Source of the DNA: Pseudomonadota bacterium
GTDB taxonomy: Bacteria > Pseudomonadota > Alphaproteobacteria > Acetobacterales > Acetobacteraceae
Reading direction: 5' to 3'
Assembly: GCA_021805665.1 (NCBI GenBank)
Contig: JAJZEV010000006.1
Coordinates: 6 to 64,005 of the forward strand
Length of the DNA stretch: 64,000 bases
Shown: positions 39,064 to 48,739 of the stretch, piece by piece
How the letters are laid out: every line of letters begins with the position of its first letter
How positions within the stretch are numbered: the first letter of the stretch is position 1
The notes under the pieces: generated by a model
What the model was told of the DNA's origin: nothing
The model's input: only the letters and a program-made list of their open reading frames with translations
Databases searched by the model: none
Translations under genes and position numbers: made by a program

Positions 39064-40227
39064 TCATCCAGGCGCCGCGCCCTGCGTTTGCACCTGCAGA
39101 ACATATAGCGACTGGCTGGCGCACATGAACAGCATGTTCCGTTTCGGGCCGCCAAACGCCACATTGGCGCACACCTCCGGAAGGCGAATACGCCCAATCT
39201 GCTTGCCCTGTGCATTGAAAACGATCACCCCGGCATAGCCCAGGACAGTGTTCGAACTGATCCACAGATTACCGAATACATCTGCCCGCATACCGTCGGG
39301 GCCGCATTTGACTCCATCGACCATCATATCGGTAAAGGTTCGCATGCCGCTGAGCTTGGCCCCTTCAACGTCGAACGCGAATACATCCCCGTTGCCGCCT
39401 GACCCTGTGTCGCCCGGGCCCTTGCCCGTGCTGATGACGTAAAGCGTCTTGTAGTCCGGTGAGAAGCAAATCCCGTTCGGATCGGCGAGTTGCCCCTCGG
39501 TAACCACGACATCCAGCCGTCCGCTTGGGTCCCAGCGATAAACGCTGTTGGGCAGTTCCCGTTTCTTTCCGCCGATCGCCCCGGCATCGGGCGCGCCGAT
39601 CGCTGGATTGGCCAGGCCGCCCTGATCTGGATGCCCCTCCGAAAGGGTGTCGCCATAAGGCGGGTCGGTGAACCAGATGCTGCCGTCCGGGTGCGGCACC
39701 AGATCGTTCGGCGAATCCAGTCCCTTGCCTTCGAATTGGTCGGCGATCACGGTCATCGTTCCGTCGTGTTCCCACCGGATCACCCGCCGGTTGAAATCCT
39801 GAGTGGAGAGCTGCCGTCCCTGGAAGTCGAACGCGTTGCCATTGCTGTTATACGACGGGTTGCGAAACTCGCTCACCTCGCCGGTTTCCCAGATGTATCG
39901 GTACTGGATATTCGCCTGGACGTCGCTGAACACCAGATACTGTCCTTCGCTGGACCATGCCGGTCCCTCCGTCCATTTGAAGCCGGTGGCGACGCGCCGG
40001 ATCGCGGTAATGCCCAGCAGGTATTGGTTGAAACTGGGATCGATCACGATGATGTCCGGGTCCGGGTAAATATCCGGCATCGCGTGATGTCCCCACTGCC
40101 TTGGTGGATTCGTAATCACGCTCGGTGGAGTCCCGGTTTGGGCTTTCGTCTGTGCCCGGGCCCCGAACGCTGTCACCGTAGCGGCACCCGCGATCATCGC
40201 GCGGCGCGATACACCGTTAATGGACAT
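39064..40227 (-). CDS. SMP-30/gluconolactonase/LRE family protein, Tat-exported
   Basis: SRRAMI twin-arginine signal; WTEGPAW, SNGN, SPNDL, PNGICFSPD, GPDGMRAD, CANVAFGG. Confidence 0.9.
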   Translation of the reverse strand: MSINGVSRRAMIAGAATVTAFGARAQTKAQTGTPPSVITNPPRQWGHHAMPDIYPDPDIIVIDPSFNQYLLGITAIRRVATGFKWTEGPAWSSEGQYLVFSDVQANIQYRYIWETGEVSEFRNPSYNSNGNAFDFQGRQLSTQDFNRRVIRWEHDGTMTVIADQFEGKGLDSPNDLVPHPDGSIWFTDPPYGDTLSEGHPDQGGLANPAIGAPDAGAIGGKKRELPNSVYRWDPSGRLDVVVTEGQLADPNGICFSPDYKTLYVISTGKGPGDTGSGGNGDVFAFDVEGAKLSGMRTFTDMMVDGVKCGPDGMRADVFGNLWISSNTVLGYAGVIVFNAQGKQIGRIRLPEVCANVAFGGPKRNMLFMCASQSLYVLQVQTQGAAPG

Positions 40228-40371
40228 GGTTGCTTCCTCCGTTTATGGGCCTTTTGGCGGTTGCACCCTACCTCTGCCCGCGAAGCGGGTCAGAACAAAT
40301 CATCGTTCCCTTTCCGCCCGGCCAGGACCGCCGTAGGTTCGAGCAACGAATCAGTCCGGAGGTTTCCGTCC

Positions 40372-41373
40372 ATGCCGATCCCGCAGACCATGTCCTATGT
40401 CCACGCCAACGGCGCCGGGGGTCCCGAAGTCCTCGGTCTCGCGACTGGCCCCGTCCCAACCCCGAAGCCCGATGAGGTGCTGATCCGCGTCCAGGCCGCC
40501 GGGGTGAACCGGCCGGATGTGGCGCAACGGCAAGGGTCCTATCCGCCCCCGCCGGGCGCCAGCCCCATCCTGGGCCTGGAAGTCGCCGGGGAGGTTGCCG
40601 CGATCGGCGATCAGGTCACCACCTTGTCCGTTGGCGACAAGGTCTGCGCCCTGACAAACGGCGGCGGCTATGCTGAGTACTGCACCGCCCCGGCGCCGCA
40701 GTGCCTGCCCTGGCCCAAAGGCTACGACGCAGTGCGCGCCGGCGCCCTGCCCGAGACGTCATTCACCGTCTGGGCCAACCTGTTCCAACTCGGTCAACTG
40801 GCGAAGGGCCAGACTGCCCTGGTTCATGGCGGCACCAGCGGTATCGGCGTCACCGCGATCCAATTCGCCCGGGAATTCGGCGCCCACATCTACGCCACCG
40901 CCGGCTCCGACGACAAAGTCGCCGCCTGCCTGAAGCTGGGCGCCGACGCGGCGATCAACTATCGCACCCGGGACTTCGCCGCGGAGATCAAGACGCTGAC
41001 CGAGGGGCGCGGCGTCAATGTCATCCTCGACATGGTGGGCGCCCCTTACATGACGAGCAACATCCGCTCCCTGGCGATGGATGGGCGTCTGGTGCTGATC
41101 GCCTTCCTGCAAGGATCGAAGGTGCCGGACTTCGACTTCCTGCAGGTAATGGTGAAGCGCCTGACCATCACCGGGTCCACCATGCGCCCGCGCACCACCG
41201 CCCAAAAGGGCCAGATCGCCGCTGAACTGCGGGAGAAAGTCTGGCCTGCCCTCGACGCCGGCCGCTGCCCTCCGGTGATCCATGCCACCTTCCCGCTGTC
41301 CCGGGCGGCCGAGGCACACGCGCTGATGGAAAGCAGCGCCCATATCGGGAAGATCATGCTGACGCTGGGCTAA
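40372..41373 (+). CDS. NAD(P)H-quinone oxidoreductase, PIG3 family
   Basis: GVNRPDVAQRQG.YPPPPGASPILGLE, ALPETSFTVW, HGGTSGIG, ITGSTMRPR, HIGKI. Confidence 0.92.
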   Translation: MPIPQTMSYVHANGAGGPEVLGLATGPVPTPKPDEVLIRVQAAGVNRPDVAQRQGSYPPPPGASPILGLEVAGEVAAIGDQVTTLSVGDKVCALTNGGGYAEYCTAPAPQCLPWPKGYDAVRAGALPETSFTVWANLFQLGQLAKGQTALVHGGTSGIGVTAIQFAREFGAHIYATAGSDDKVAACLKLGADAAINYRTRDFAAEIKTLTEGRGVNVILDMVGAPYMTSNIRSLAMDGRLVLIAFLQGSKVPDFDFLQVMVKRLTITGSTMRPRTTAQKGQIAAELREKVWPALDAGRCPPVIHATFPLSRAAEAHALMESSAHIGKIMLTLG

Positions 41374-41381
41374 CCGCACAC

Positions 41382-41412
41382 CCGCCGCCGGCACCTACCA
41401 ACCCGGCGGCGG
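41382..41412. terminator. Hairpin at convergent gene junction
   Basis: ccgccgccgg / ccggcggcgg 10-bp stem spanning the amidase stop. Confidence 0.4.
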
Positions 41413-42831
41413 CGTGAAGCCCCTCCAGGCTTGCTCCAGCAACGCCGCCGCCGCGATCGTCGTACGATCCCCGTAGATCGGCCCGGCGATCTGCACGCAC
41501 AGCGGCAGCCCGCCCTTCGTCATCCCCATTGGCGCCACCGTCGCCGGCAGGTGATACCCGCCTGTCAGCCCCGGCCAGAACAGCAGATCGCCGTAGTTGA
41601 TGTCCTTGCCCTCGATTTCGATCCGCCGGCCCCAGGGCGTCCCATCCTGCCGGTGAGGCAGCGCGGCGGTGCTGAACGATGGCGACAGCAGCACGTCCCA
41701 GTCCCGGAAGAACGTGCTCCAGGCCCGCCGCCAGCGGTGCCGCTGCTCGTTCAGCCCCAGCCAAGCCCGGTGCGGCATATCGACCGTCCTGGCCATGATG
41801 GCATCCGCGCTCATGTCGTCTGCGGAAAGGGCCGCCGCGTGCTGGCGCTTGGCCGCGATTTGCTCGTCGGTGCTGCGTCCGCTCCAGCCGGTGTCCAGCA
41901 GCCGCAGATACAGGCGGTATGCGGCGGTGACATCGAAGTCCGGCCGAGCGGTGCGGCTGACAGTGACGCCTTGCGCCTCCAGCCCGTCCGCCAGTGCATT
42001 CATCGCCGCGACCGTCTCGGTGTCGGTCGTGCTGCCCGGTTCGTCCGCCCATACGGCGACCCGCAGATCCTTGAGCCCCTTGAAGCGAGGTGCCGGCAGG
42101 TTCAGCGTCAGACCCGTTTCGTCGGGGTCGGGCCCCGCCAGCAAGTTCAGCGCCACCGCGAGATCGGATGCCGACCGGCTGAGCGGCCCTATCACCGAGA
42201 TGTCGGTCCCCGCTGCCGAACTGGTTGCCGGATCGCCGAAGTTCGGCAGCAGCCCCCAGGTCGGCTTGTGTCCGAACACGCCGCAGAAATGCGCCGGGAC
42301 GCGGATGGACCCGCCGATGTCGCTGCCGATCTCGAACCCCGTCAGTCCGGCGGCCAGCGCCGCGGCCGACCCGCCGGAGGATCCACCCGGCGTATGGTCG
42401 GTGCTCCAGGGGTTGGAGGTCGTCCCGTAAACCGGGTTGTAGCTTTGCCAGTCCGCCAGATCGACCGGCACGTTGGTCTTGCCGAAGATCACCGCGCCCG
42501 CTGCTTCCAGCCGGCGGACGGCGACCGAGGACACCCGCACCGGCACGTCCTTGAACACCGCATGCCCGCGCGTGGTTGGCAATCCAACCACATCGAAGCT
42601 CTCTTTGACGGTGGTGGGGACCCCGAACAGCGGGGCCGACTTATCCGGTTGCGAGTCCAAAGCCTTCGCCTTGGCGCGCGCCCGGTCGAAGTCCCGCACG
42701 ACCACGGCGTTGATGCGCGGGTCCAGCGTTTCGGTGCGGCCGATGTAATGGTCCAGCAGCTCCAGCGCCCCGATCTTGCCGCCGCGGACAAGCTGAGCGA
42801 GCTGGGTGGCCGGGAGAAAGGTCGGGTCCAT
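41395..42831 (-). CDS. Amidase signature family enzyme
   Basis: Start MDPTFL (or 42840); GVP.TVKES, GKTN, TPGGSSGGSAAA, GSDIGGSIRVPA (Ser-cisSer-Lys triad). Confidence 0.93.
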   Translation of the reverse strand: MDPTFLPATQLAQLVRGGKIGALELLDHYIGRTETLDPRINAVVVRDFDRARAKAKALDSQPDKSAPLFGVPTTVKESFDVVGLPTTRGHAVFKDVPVRVSSVAVRRLEAAGAVIFGKTNVPVDLADWQSYNPVYGTTSNPWSTDHTPGGSSGGSAAALAAGLTGFEIGSDIGGSIRVPAHFCGVFGHKPTWGLLPNFGDPATSSAAGTDISVIGPLSRSASDLAVALNLLAGPDPDETGLTLNLPAPRFKGLKDLRVAVWADEPGSTTDTETVAAMNALADGLEAQGVTVSRTARPDFDVTAAYRLYLRLLDTGWSGRSTDEQIAAKRQHAAALSADDMSADAIMARTVDMPHRAWLGLNEQRHRWRRAWSTFFRDWDVLLSPSFSTAALPHRQDGTPWGRRIEIEGKDINYGDLLFWPGLTGGYHLPATVAPMGMTKGGLPLCVQIAGPIYGDRTTIAAAALLEQAWRGFTPPPGW

Positions 42832-42965
42832 GGCGGGCATCCTGCTGTGGTTGGATGCAGCCTCGCACTGGCGGCATTCGGGTTCAACCGTTCTGGCGGC
42901 TAAGCGTGCTCCCAAACCCGCAACAAATGCCTTGAAACAGTGGGAGCAATCGCGGCCGCGTCCGC

Positions 42966-43622
42966 CTAATCCCCAGCCGCCTGAATCGCCGCGTTCAACG
43001 CCCGAACGCCCGCGCCGGGGCCGTCCGGGTGGTTCCACACACACCCGACAACCGCCAGGAAGTCCGCGCCAGCCCGCACCAGCGGGCCGCAATTCTCCGG
43101 AGTGATGCCGCCGATCGCGCAGCTTGGCAGTTCCATCATCTCGGACCACCATTGCAGGATTTCAGGGTCCAGGAAGTTGGTCACGTCCTTGGTCGAGGAT
43201 GGAAAGAACGCCCCGAAGGCGACGTAGTCCGCCCCGTCCTCGCCAGCCTGCATCGCCAGATCGCGGCTGCCCTTGCAGGTTACGCCCAACGTTAGATCCG
43301 GTCCCATCAGCCTGCGGGCCTCCCGCGCAGGCATGTCATCCTGCCCGACATGGGCGCCATCGCAGCCGGTCGGTTTCACCAGATCGGCCCGGTCGTTCAG
43401 CAGGAACGCGACCCCGCGCATCTGGGCAACCGGCCGCAGCGCATCGATCGCCCGCTTCCAGGCGTCGTCATCGACATCCTTCAGCCGTAACTGCACTGCC
43501 GCCACGTCGCCGGCATCCAGTGCCGCCGCCAGCAAGCCGGCGAACGGCACGGGATCGAACCGTGGCGGGGTGATCAGATAGACGCGGCACCCTTCCGGGG
43601 GGCCGCTACCCGCCGCCGCCAC
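42966..43622 (-). CDS. thiE: Thiamine-phosphate synthase
   Basis: [43 protein letters not shown]. Confidence 0.92.
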   Translation of the reverse strand: MAAAGSGPPEGCRVYLITPPRFDPVPFAGLLAAALDAGDVAAVQLRLKDVDDDAWKRAIDALRPVAQMRGVAFLLNDRADLVKPTGCDGAHVGQDDMPAREARRLMGPDLTLGVTCKGSRDLAMQAGEDGADYVAFGAFFPSSTKDVTNFLDPEILQWWSEMMELPSCAIGGITPENCGPLVRAGADFLAVVGCVWNHPDGPGAGVRALNAAIQAAGD

Positions 43623-43627
43623 TGACC

Positions 43628-44542
43628 TCAGGCCTTGCCGAGGTAGATGTCGATGATCTTGCTCAACATCTCCAGCGCCTCTTCCCTCGGGCGCTGGAAG
43701 GTGTTGCGGCCGATGATGCTGCCGTTGGCCCCGCCGTCGCGGATGCCGCGGATTTCTTCGTACAGTCCGTCCAGGCCCTTTGCCTCGCCGCCCGAGAACA
43801 CGACGACGCGCTTGCCGGCGAACGACGCCTGCATCACATGCGCGACGCGCTTCGCCATGGTGGAGCCGTCGAACTTCTCATAGCTTTTCTTGGCGGCTTC
43901 GAGGCTGACAACCGCGGTCGGCGGCTTCACCTTGATGATGTTGGCGCCAAGCAGCGCCGCCATCTGCGCGGCATAGGCGCAGATATCGACCGCCGTTTCG
44001 GCGGCCTTGTCCAGGTTCGGGCCGCGCGGATAGCTCCAGGTGACGACCGCGAGGCCGGCGTCCTTGGCTTCCAGGGTCAGCTCGCGCAGTTCCTCCATCT
44101 GGGCGAAGGCGAACTCGCTGCCCGGGTAGATGGTGAAGCCGATGGCAGCGCATCCCAGCCGCAGCGCATCCTTCACGCCGGCGGTAACAGCCTGGTCCTT
44201 ATTGGTCGCCAGGCTGTTGGAGCTGTTGACCTTCAGGATCAGCGGGATCTGGCCGGCGAACGTGTCGGCACCCTGGGCAATCATGCCCAGCGGGGCGGCA
44301 TAGGCATTCAGCCCGGCATCGATCGCCAGTTGAAAATGGTAATGCGGGTCGTAGGCGGCCGGGTTCGGGGCGAAGCTGCGGGCCGGCCCGTGCTCGAAGC
44401 CCTGATCGACCGGCAGGATCACGACCTTGCCGGTGCCACCGAGTTTGCCGGTACACAGGATGCGGGCGAGATTGGCCTTCACCCCGGGATTGTCGCCCTC
44501 ATACCAGTCGAGAATCTTTTTTACTTTTTGGGTCACGCGCAT
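43628..44542 (-). CDS. fbaB: Class I fructose-bisphosphate aldolase (FbaB/DhnA type)
   Basis: [35 protein letters not shown] Schiff-base Lys, VVFSGG, IIGRN.FQR. Confidence 0.92.
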   Translation of the reverse strand: MRVTQKVKKILDWYEGDNPGVKANLARILCTGKLGGTGKVVILPVDQGFEHGPARSFAPNPAAYDPHYHFQLAIDAGLNAYAAPLGMIAQGADTFAGQIPLILKVNSSNSLATNKDQAVTAGVKDALRLGCAAIGFTIYPGSEFAFAQMEELRELTLEAKDAGLAVVTWSYPRGPNLDKAAETAVDICAYAAQMAALLGANIIKVKPPTAVVSLEAAKKSYEKFDGSTMAKRVAHVMQASFAGKRVVVFSGGEAKGLDGLYEEIRGIRDGGANGSIIGRNTFQRPREEALEMLSKIIDIYLGKA

Positions 44543-44611
44543 CGAAGCCGGTCCTTTCCTGGAAGAGCGCTGCCATCTGACAGGTGTCGATAGCCCGGGC
44601 GGGCCACCCTG

Positions 44612-45022
44612 TCACGCCCCGGCCGTATCAAAGTCAGCCAGCCAGCGAGGCAATCGTCGGATTGCGTTCGGCTCGCGAAGGTCCAGCGCGGGCGGCGCCC
44701 GGGTCAGCACAAAGCCGCCCTGGCGGTTCGCGATCGCGGCGACTGCGTTCCATCCCGGCGACCGCGGCCATAGCACCAGCCGGCAAAGCCCGCTTCTCAG
44801 CGCCGCCAGGGCCATACCCGAAGCGTCGGCACAATCGAGGATATCGATCGATTCCGTCGCCGGATTTGCCTTTTGGGCGGCCGTCGCGACTTGCCGCCAC
44901 CACAAGCATCCGGCAAACCCTGCCGCCCCCGGGGCAGACAGAAGCGTGACCGGCAGTCCGGGTGCCAAGGCCGCGCGGGCGTCGGAGGGGCCATGGACGA
45001 TGACGGCGGGATGAACAATCAT
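44612..45022 (-). CDS. Hypothetical protein upstream of fbaB
   Basis: 136 aa; TLLSAPGAAGFAGCLWW..., ILDCADA.G.A..ALR.G; function not recognised. Confidence 0.65.
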   Translation of the reverse strand: MIVHPAVIVHGPSDARAALAPGLPVTLLSAPGAAGFAGCLWWRQVATAAQKANPATESIDILDCADASGMALAALRSGLCRLVLWPRSPGWNAVAAIANRQGGFVLTRAPPALDLREPNAIRRLPRWLADFDTAGA

Positions 45023-45092
45023 GATTGACGTTCAACCGGTTGACCGCGTTGAGATCAAGCGGCATCAGTTTCCCGTAAGGTATAAGGCGGAT

Positions 45093-45293
45093 ATGGCGGA
45101 CGATCCCGAGACCCCGGATGCTGCGGCCGACCGACTGGCGGCCGCGCTTGAACGGATAGCACATCTGGCCGCTTCCAGGCCGGCGCCGACGTGTGCGCCG
45201 CAGTCGGCGGCAGACCTGTCGGCGGCCGAGATCGCCGAACGCCTTGACTCGCTGATCGGCCGCCTGAAAGCGGCGCTCGGTAAACCAGACTAA
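45093..45293 (+). CDS. Small coiled-coil protein preceding zapA (DUF4164-like)
   Basis: MADDPE.. helical; AADRLAAALERI...ERLDSLIGRLKAALG; position typical of the zapA partner gene. Confidence 0.65.
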   Translation: MADDPETPDAAADRLAAALERIAHLAASRPAPTCAPQSAADLSAAEIAERLDSLIGRLKAALGKPD

Positions 45294-45312
45294 TCAACGG
45301 GAGAATGGCGCG

Positions 45313-45681
45313 ATGGCGCAGGTGACGCTTCGCATCAACGGATATGCCTATATCCTTGGCTGCCAGGACGGCGAGGAGAGGCATCTGGAAGCCATGGGTG
45401 CCGAGGTTAGCAGCCGCATCGACGGTGTCCGTGCAGCGGCCGGGCAAAGCGGCGAGGCCCGGATGCTGGTTATGGCGTCGTTGTTGATGGCGGATGAGAT
45501 CTTCGAACTGCGCGGCAAGCTGGAGGCGGCGGAGGCAGGTGCCGCGGTGACAGCGAAAGCCGATCCGGCGCTCGGCCGCAAGTTGCAGCGGATGGCGAAG
45601 CGTGCCGAGGAAATCGCCGCAAAGCTGGAAAGCCCGCCGGAACAGGACGCCCCGGCCGGCGTTCGCCAACCGCTTCCCTAG
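45313..45681 (+). CDS. zapA: Cell division protein ZapA
   Basis: MAQVTLRING..Y..GCQDGEE.HL, RMLVMASLLMADE; GGGAGA RBS. Confidence 0.92.
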   Translation: MAQVTLRINGYAYILGCQDGEERHLEAMGAEVSSRIDGVRAAAGQSGEARMLVMASLLMADEIFELRGKLEAAEAGAAVTAKADPALGRKLQRMAKRAEEIAAKLESPPEQDAPAGVRQPLP

Positions 45682-45699
45682 GCGGGCGTCATGCCGAGC

Positions 45700-45727
45700 T
45701 TGCTTATTCGCCCCCGCGGCCTAAGTT
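45700..45727 (+). promoter_or_regulatory. sigma70-type promoter of 6S RNA
   Basis: TTGCTT-N16-TAAGTT, placing +1 near the first base of the closing stem. Confidence 0.5.
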
Positions 45728-45730
45728 AAG

Positions 45731-45891
45731 GTCGCGGGGCTGCCAGGTGCGTCAGGTAGCTCATCCCCGGGGCCAGTAAGCATCTCCCTCGGGAGCTGGC
45801 TCTGTCGGGATCTTGGTCTCGGTATCTGGCGCCCACCTGCACACGCAGGCTCTGGGAGGATGACAAACCAACGGCCATGGTGGCTCCGCAC
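45731..45891 (+). ncRNA. ssrS: 6S RNA
   Basis: Canonical position after zapA; 12-bp closing stem gcggggctgcca (45734-45)/tggtggctccgc (45878-89); internal ggggcc..gggagctg..gcgcccacct blocks typical of alphaproteobacterial 6S. Confidence 0.85.
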
Positions 45892-45973
45892 TCTATTGTC
45901 CGGCCGGCGTCAGGCCCTTACGACAACCGGCTGGTTGCCATCGCGTTGGGCAACGGGCATCGCGGGGGCTGAT

Positions 45974-46789
45974 TTGCGAATTCTGTTTCTGGGCGACGTA
46001 TTGGGCCGAACCGGACGGGACACGGTCTGTGAACGACTGCCCGGGCTTCGACGGGATTTGCGGATCGAGCTGGCGGTGGTCAATGCGGAGAACGCGTCGC
46101 ATGGTTTCGGTCTTGCGCCCGACATGGCGAAGGCTCTGTTCGCGGCCGGCGCGGACGTCATCACGCTGGGTAACCATGCGTGGGACCGCAAGGAGATCAT
46201 CCCGTTCATCGCGGAAAACCCGCGCCTGATTCGCCCGCTGAACTATCCGCCGGGCACGCCGGGTGCCGGGTCGGTGCTGGTCACTCTGCAGGACGGGCGC
46301 AAGGCGCTGGTGTTGCAGGCGATGGGGCGGCTGTTCATGGACCCGATGGATTGCCCGTTCCGCGGCACCGCGGAGGTATTGTCGAAATACCGGCTTGGGC
46401 ACTCGGTTCAGGCGATCGTGGCTGATATCCATGCCGAGGCCAGCAGCGAGAAGATGGCTTATGCCCACACCTTCGACGGGCAGGTTTCGTTCGTGGTGGG
46501 TACCCACACGCATTGCCCGAGTGCGGATGCACAGGTGCTGCCCGGCGGGACGGGGTTCCAGTCCGATGCTGGAATGTGCGGGGACTACGACAGCGTGATC
46601 GGTATGGTGAAGGACGGCGCCGCGATGCGGTTCTGGCGCAAGATGCCGGGCGAGAAGCTGGGGCCGGCGGAGGGTCCGGCGACAGTATGCGGCGTGTTCG
46701 TGGAAACCGACGACGCCACCGGTCATGCACGCCGGATCGAGCCGGTTCGCGTTGGCGGACGTTTGTCGCAGGCCATGCCGGCGGTTTGA
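45974..46789 (+). CDS. YmdB-like metallophosphoesterase (TIGR00282 family)
   Basis: TTG start MRILFLGDVLG; VNAENASHG, TLGNHAWD, IRPLNYP, DIHAEASSEK, GTHTH, SDAGMCG. Confidence 0.92.
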   Translation: MRILFLGDVLGRTGRDTVCERLPGLRRDLRIELAVVNAENASHGFGLAPDMAKALFAAGADVITLGNHAWDRKEIIPFIAENPRLIRPLNYPPGTPGAGSVLVTLQDGRKALVLQAMGRLFMDPMDCPFRGTAEVLSKYRLGHSVQAIVADIHAEASSEKMAYAHTFDGQVSFVVGTHTHCPSADAQVLPGGTGFQSDAGMCGDYDSVIGMVKDGAAMRFWRKMPGEKLGPAEGPATVCGVFVETDDATGHARRIEPVRVGGRLSQAMPAV

Positions 46790-46812
46790 TCTTGGCATTG
46801 CACGGTTTCGTG

Positions 46813-46828
46813 TGGCATCAACCATGCA
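46813..46828 (+). promoter_or_regulatory. Possible sigma54 (-24/-12) promoter of the ACP-MBOAT-SGNH cassette
   Basis: TGGCATCAACCATGCA keeps the exact GG-N10-GC spacing with TGGCA and TGCA flanks; 27 nt upstream of the ACP ATG. Confidence 0.4.
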
Positions 46829-46855
46829 ACGATACCTTCGTGGAACCGGATTGGC

Positions 46856-47101
46856 ATGACCGAGCAGGAATACCTCGCCGCGCTGTCTCAGATACTGTCT
46901 GACATCCTGGGCGATGACTCGATCGCGCTGACGATGGATACGGTGCGGGAGGATGTCGGGGGCTGGGACTCGTTCAGCTACATCAACTTCATCGTGGCCG
47001 TAGAGGCGGAGTTCGGCGTCAAGTTCCGCATCGCCGATGTCGAATCATTTCCCAATGTGGGGGCTATCGTGAAAGCGATTACCGCCGCGCCGCGTCGCTG
47101 A
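46856..47101 (+). CDS. Acyl carrier protein
   Basis: 81 aa, acidic; GWDSFSY phosphopantetheine Ser motif; IVAVEAEFGVKF. Confidence 0.88.
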   Translation: MTEQEYLAALSQILSDILGDDSIALTMDTVREDVGGWDSFSYINFIVAVEAEFGVKFRIADVESFPNVGAIVKAITAAPRR

Positions 47102-47116
47102 TCCGCTGCCGCCCCA

Positions 47117-48739
47117 ATGCTTTTCAACTCCTATAGCTTCATCTTCGGGTTTCTGCCGACCGTCGTAATCGGGTTCTACATCCTGGGCGCGCGTCGCCGG
47201 GAATGGGGGCTGGCGTGGCTGACGGCGGCTTCGCTGCTGTTCTATGCGTGGTGGCGCCCGATCAATGTGCTGTTGATCGCGCCGTCCATCCTGATCAACT
47301 ATGGCTTGGCCCGGGCGCTTGAGAAGACCGGGGAGGCGAGGCCGGCGTTTGCCCGGACGATCCTGATCGCGGGGATCGTGTTCAATCTTTGTTTCCTGGG
47401 TTACTTCAAATATCTGAATTTTGCCGCGAGCGCGATGAACGACGCGTTCGGCACCGGGTTCGTATTGACCCAGCTGATACTGCCTCTGGGTATATCTTTT
47501 ATTACGTTTCAGAAGATTGCGTTTCTGGTCGATGTCCAGGCCGGGCGGGTCAGCCGGTTTTCCCTGGCTGACTATGGGCTGTTCGTATTGTTCTTCCCAC
47601 AGTTGATCGCCGGCCCGATCGTTCATTACCGGGAGATGATGCCGCAGTTCCGCGCGGCACCGTGCCGCTACGACCCCGAGAACGTGGCGGTGGGGATCAG
47701 CCTGTTCTTCTTCGGGCTGGCCAAGAAGGTGATTTTGGCCGACCCGATGAGCCCGTTGGTCGCACCTTTGTATGCCCGGGCAGCGGCCGGCGGCGGGCAG
47801 TCGATGATCGATGCCTGGATCGCGGCGCTGGGCTTCACGTTGCAAATCTACTTCGATTTCTCCGGCTATTCGGACATGGCGTTGGGGCTCGCCCGGTTCT
47901 TCGGGATCAAGCTGCCGGTGAACTTCAACTCGCCATTGCAGGCGACCAGCATCATCGACTTCTGGCTGCGTTGGCACGTCAGCCTGACCCGGTTTCTGAC
48001 GGCCTATATCTACAACCCGATGACTTTGAGCCTGACGCGCAAGCGAATGGCGGCCGGCAAGCCGATCTTCGGCGGCCGCAACACCAGCCTGCCGGCATTC
48101 CTCAGTCTGTTGGCGATGCCGACGATCCTGACCATGCTGGTGTCTGGATTGTGGCATGGTGCGGGGTACACCTACATCGTGTGGGGCCTGCTGCATGGGG
48201 TGCTGCTTTGCATCAATCATGGGTGGCGGCTGGCGCGGCCGCGAATTTGGCCGGATACGAAACGGTACAATGTCCGGATGGCGCCGGTTGGGTTCATCCT
48301 GACTTTCCTGTCCGTCGTCGCCGCGATGGTGATGTTCCGGGCACCGACGCTGTCCGCCACGCTGATGCTGTGGAAAGGCATGATCGGCGTGTATGGCGTC
48401 ACTGTGCCGGCGGCGGTGTTTTCGCAACTTGGCGAACTGGCTGGCTGGCTGTCGGCCGTCGGCGTGCAGCCGGCGTGGACCAGCGGTTCGATGCTGCTTA
48501 CCTCCACGGTTCGGATCGGATGCCTGCTGGTCATCGCCCTGGCGATGCCAAACACCCTGAGGATACTGGCGGCATTCGAGCCGGCGTTGGGCGTGAAGCC
48601 CGACCGAACGCCGTCGCGCCTGGTCCAGGTGCTCACATGGGTACCTGACACAGCGTGGGCGGTGGGGCTGGCATTCGTTGCCTTGGCGGGAATGTTGTCG
48701 CTGGGGCAATTGAGCGAATTTCTGTACTGGCAGTTCTGA
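47117..48739 (+). CDS. MBOAT family O-acyltransferase (AlgI/PatA/DltB-like)
   Basis: MLFNS, LPLGISFITFQ, FFPQLIAGPI, YFDFSGYSDMA, FWLRWHVSL, GLWHGA catalytic His, C-terminal EFLYWQF. Confidence 0.93.
   Translation: MLFNSYSFIFGFLPTVVIGFYILGARRREWGLAWLTAASLLFYAWWRPINVLLIAPSILINYGLARALEKTGEARPAFARTILIAGIVFNLCFLGYFKYLNFAASAMNDAFGTGFVLTQLILPLGISFITFQKIAFLVDVQAGRVSRFSLADYGLFVLFFPQLIAGPIVHYREMMPQFRAAPCRYDPENVAVGISLFFFGLAKKVILADPMSPLVAPLYARAAAGGGQSMIDAWIAALGFTLQIYFDFSGYSDMALGLARFFGIKLPVNFNSPLQATSIIDFWLRWHVSLTRFLTAYIYNPMTLSLTRKRMAAGKPIFGGRNTSLPAFLSLLAMPTILTMLVSGLWHGAGYTYIVWGLLHGVLLCINHGWRLARPRIWPDTKRYNVRMAPVGFILTFLSVVAAMVMFRAPTLSATLMLWKGMIGVYGVTVPAAVFSQLGELAGWLSAVGVQPAWTSGSMLLTSTVRIGCLLVIALAMPNTLRILAAFEPALGVKPDRTPSRLVQVLTWVPDTAWAVGLAFVALAGMLSLGQLSEFLYWQF

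Noticed and set aside
42907-42948. 8-bp inverted repeat tgctccca/tgggagca upstream of the amidase
   Set aside because: Short enough to arise by chance; no supporting context
44500-45100. Replication origin at the apparent C-rich to G-rich switch
   Set aside because: No DnaA-box cluster or AT-rich unwinding element; the skew flips several times in the window
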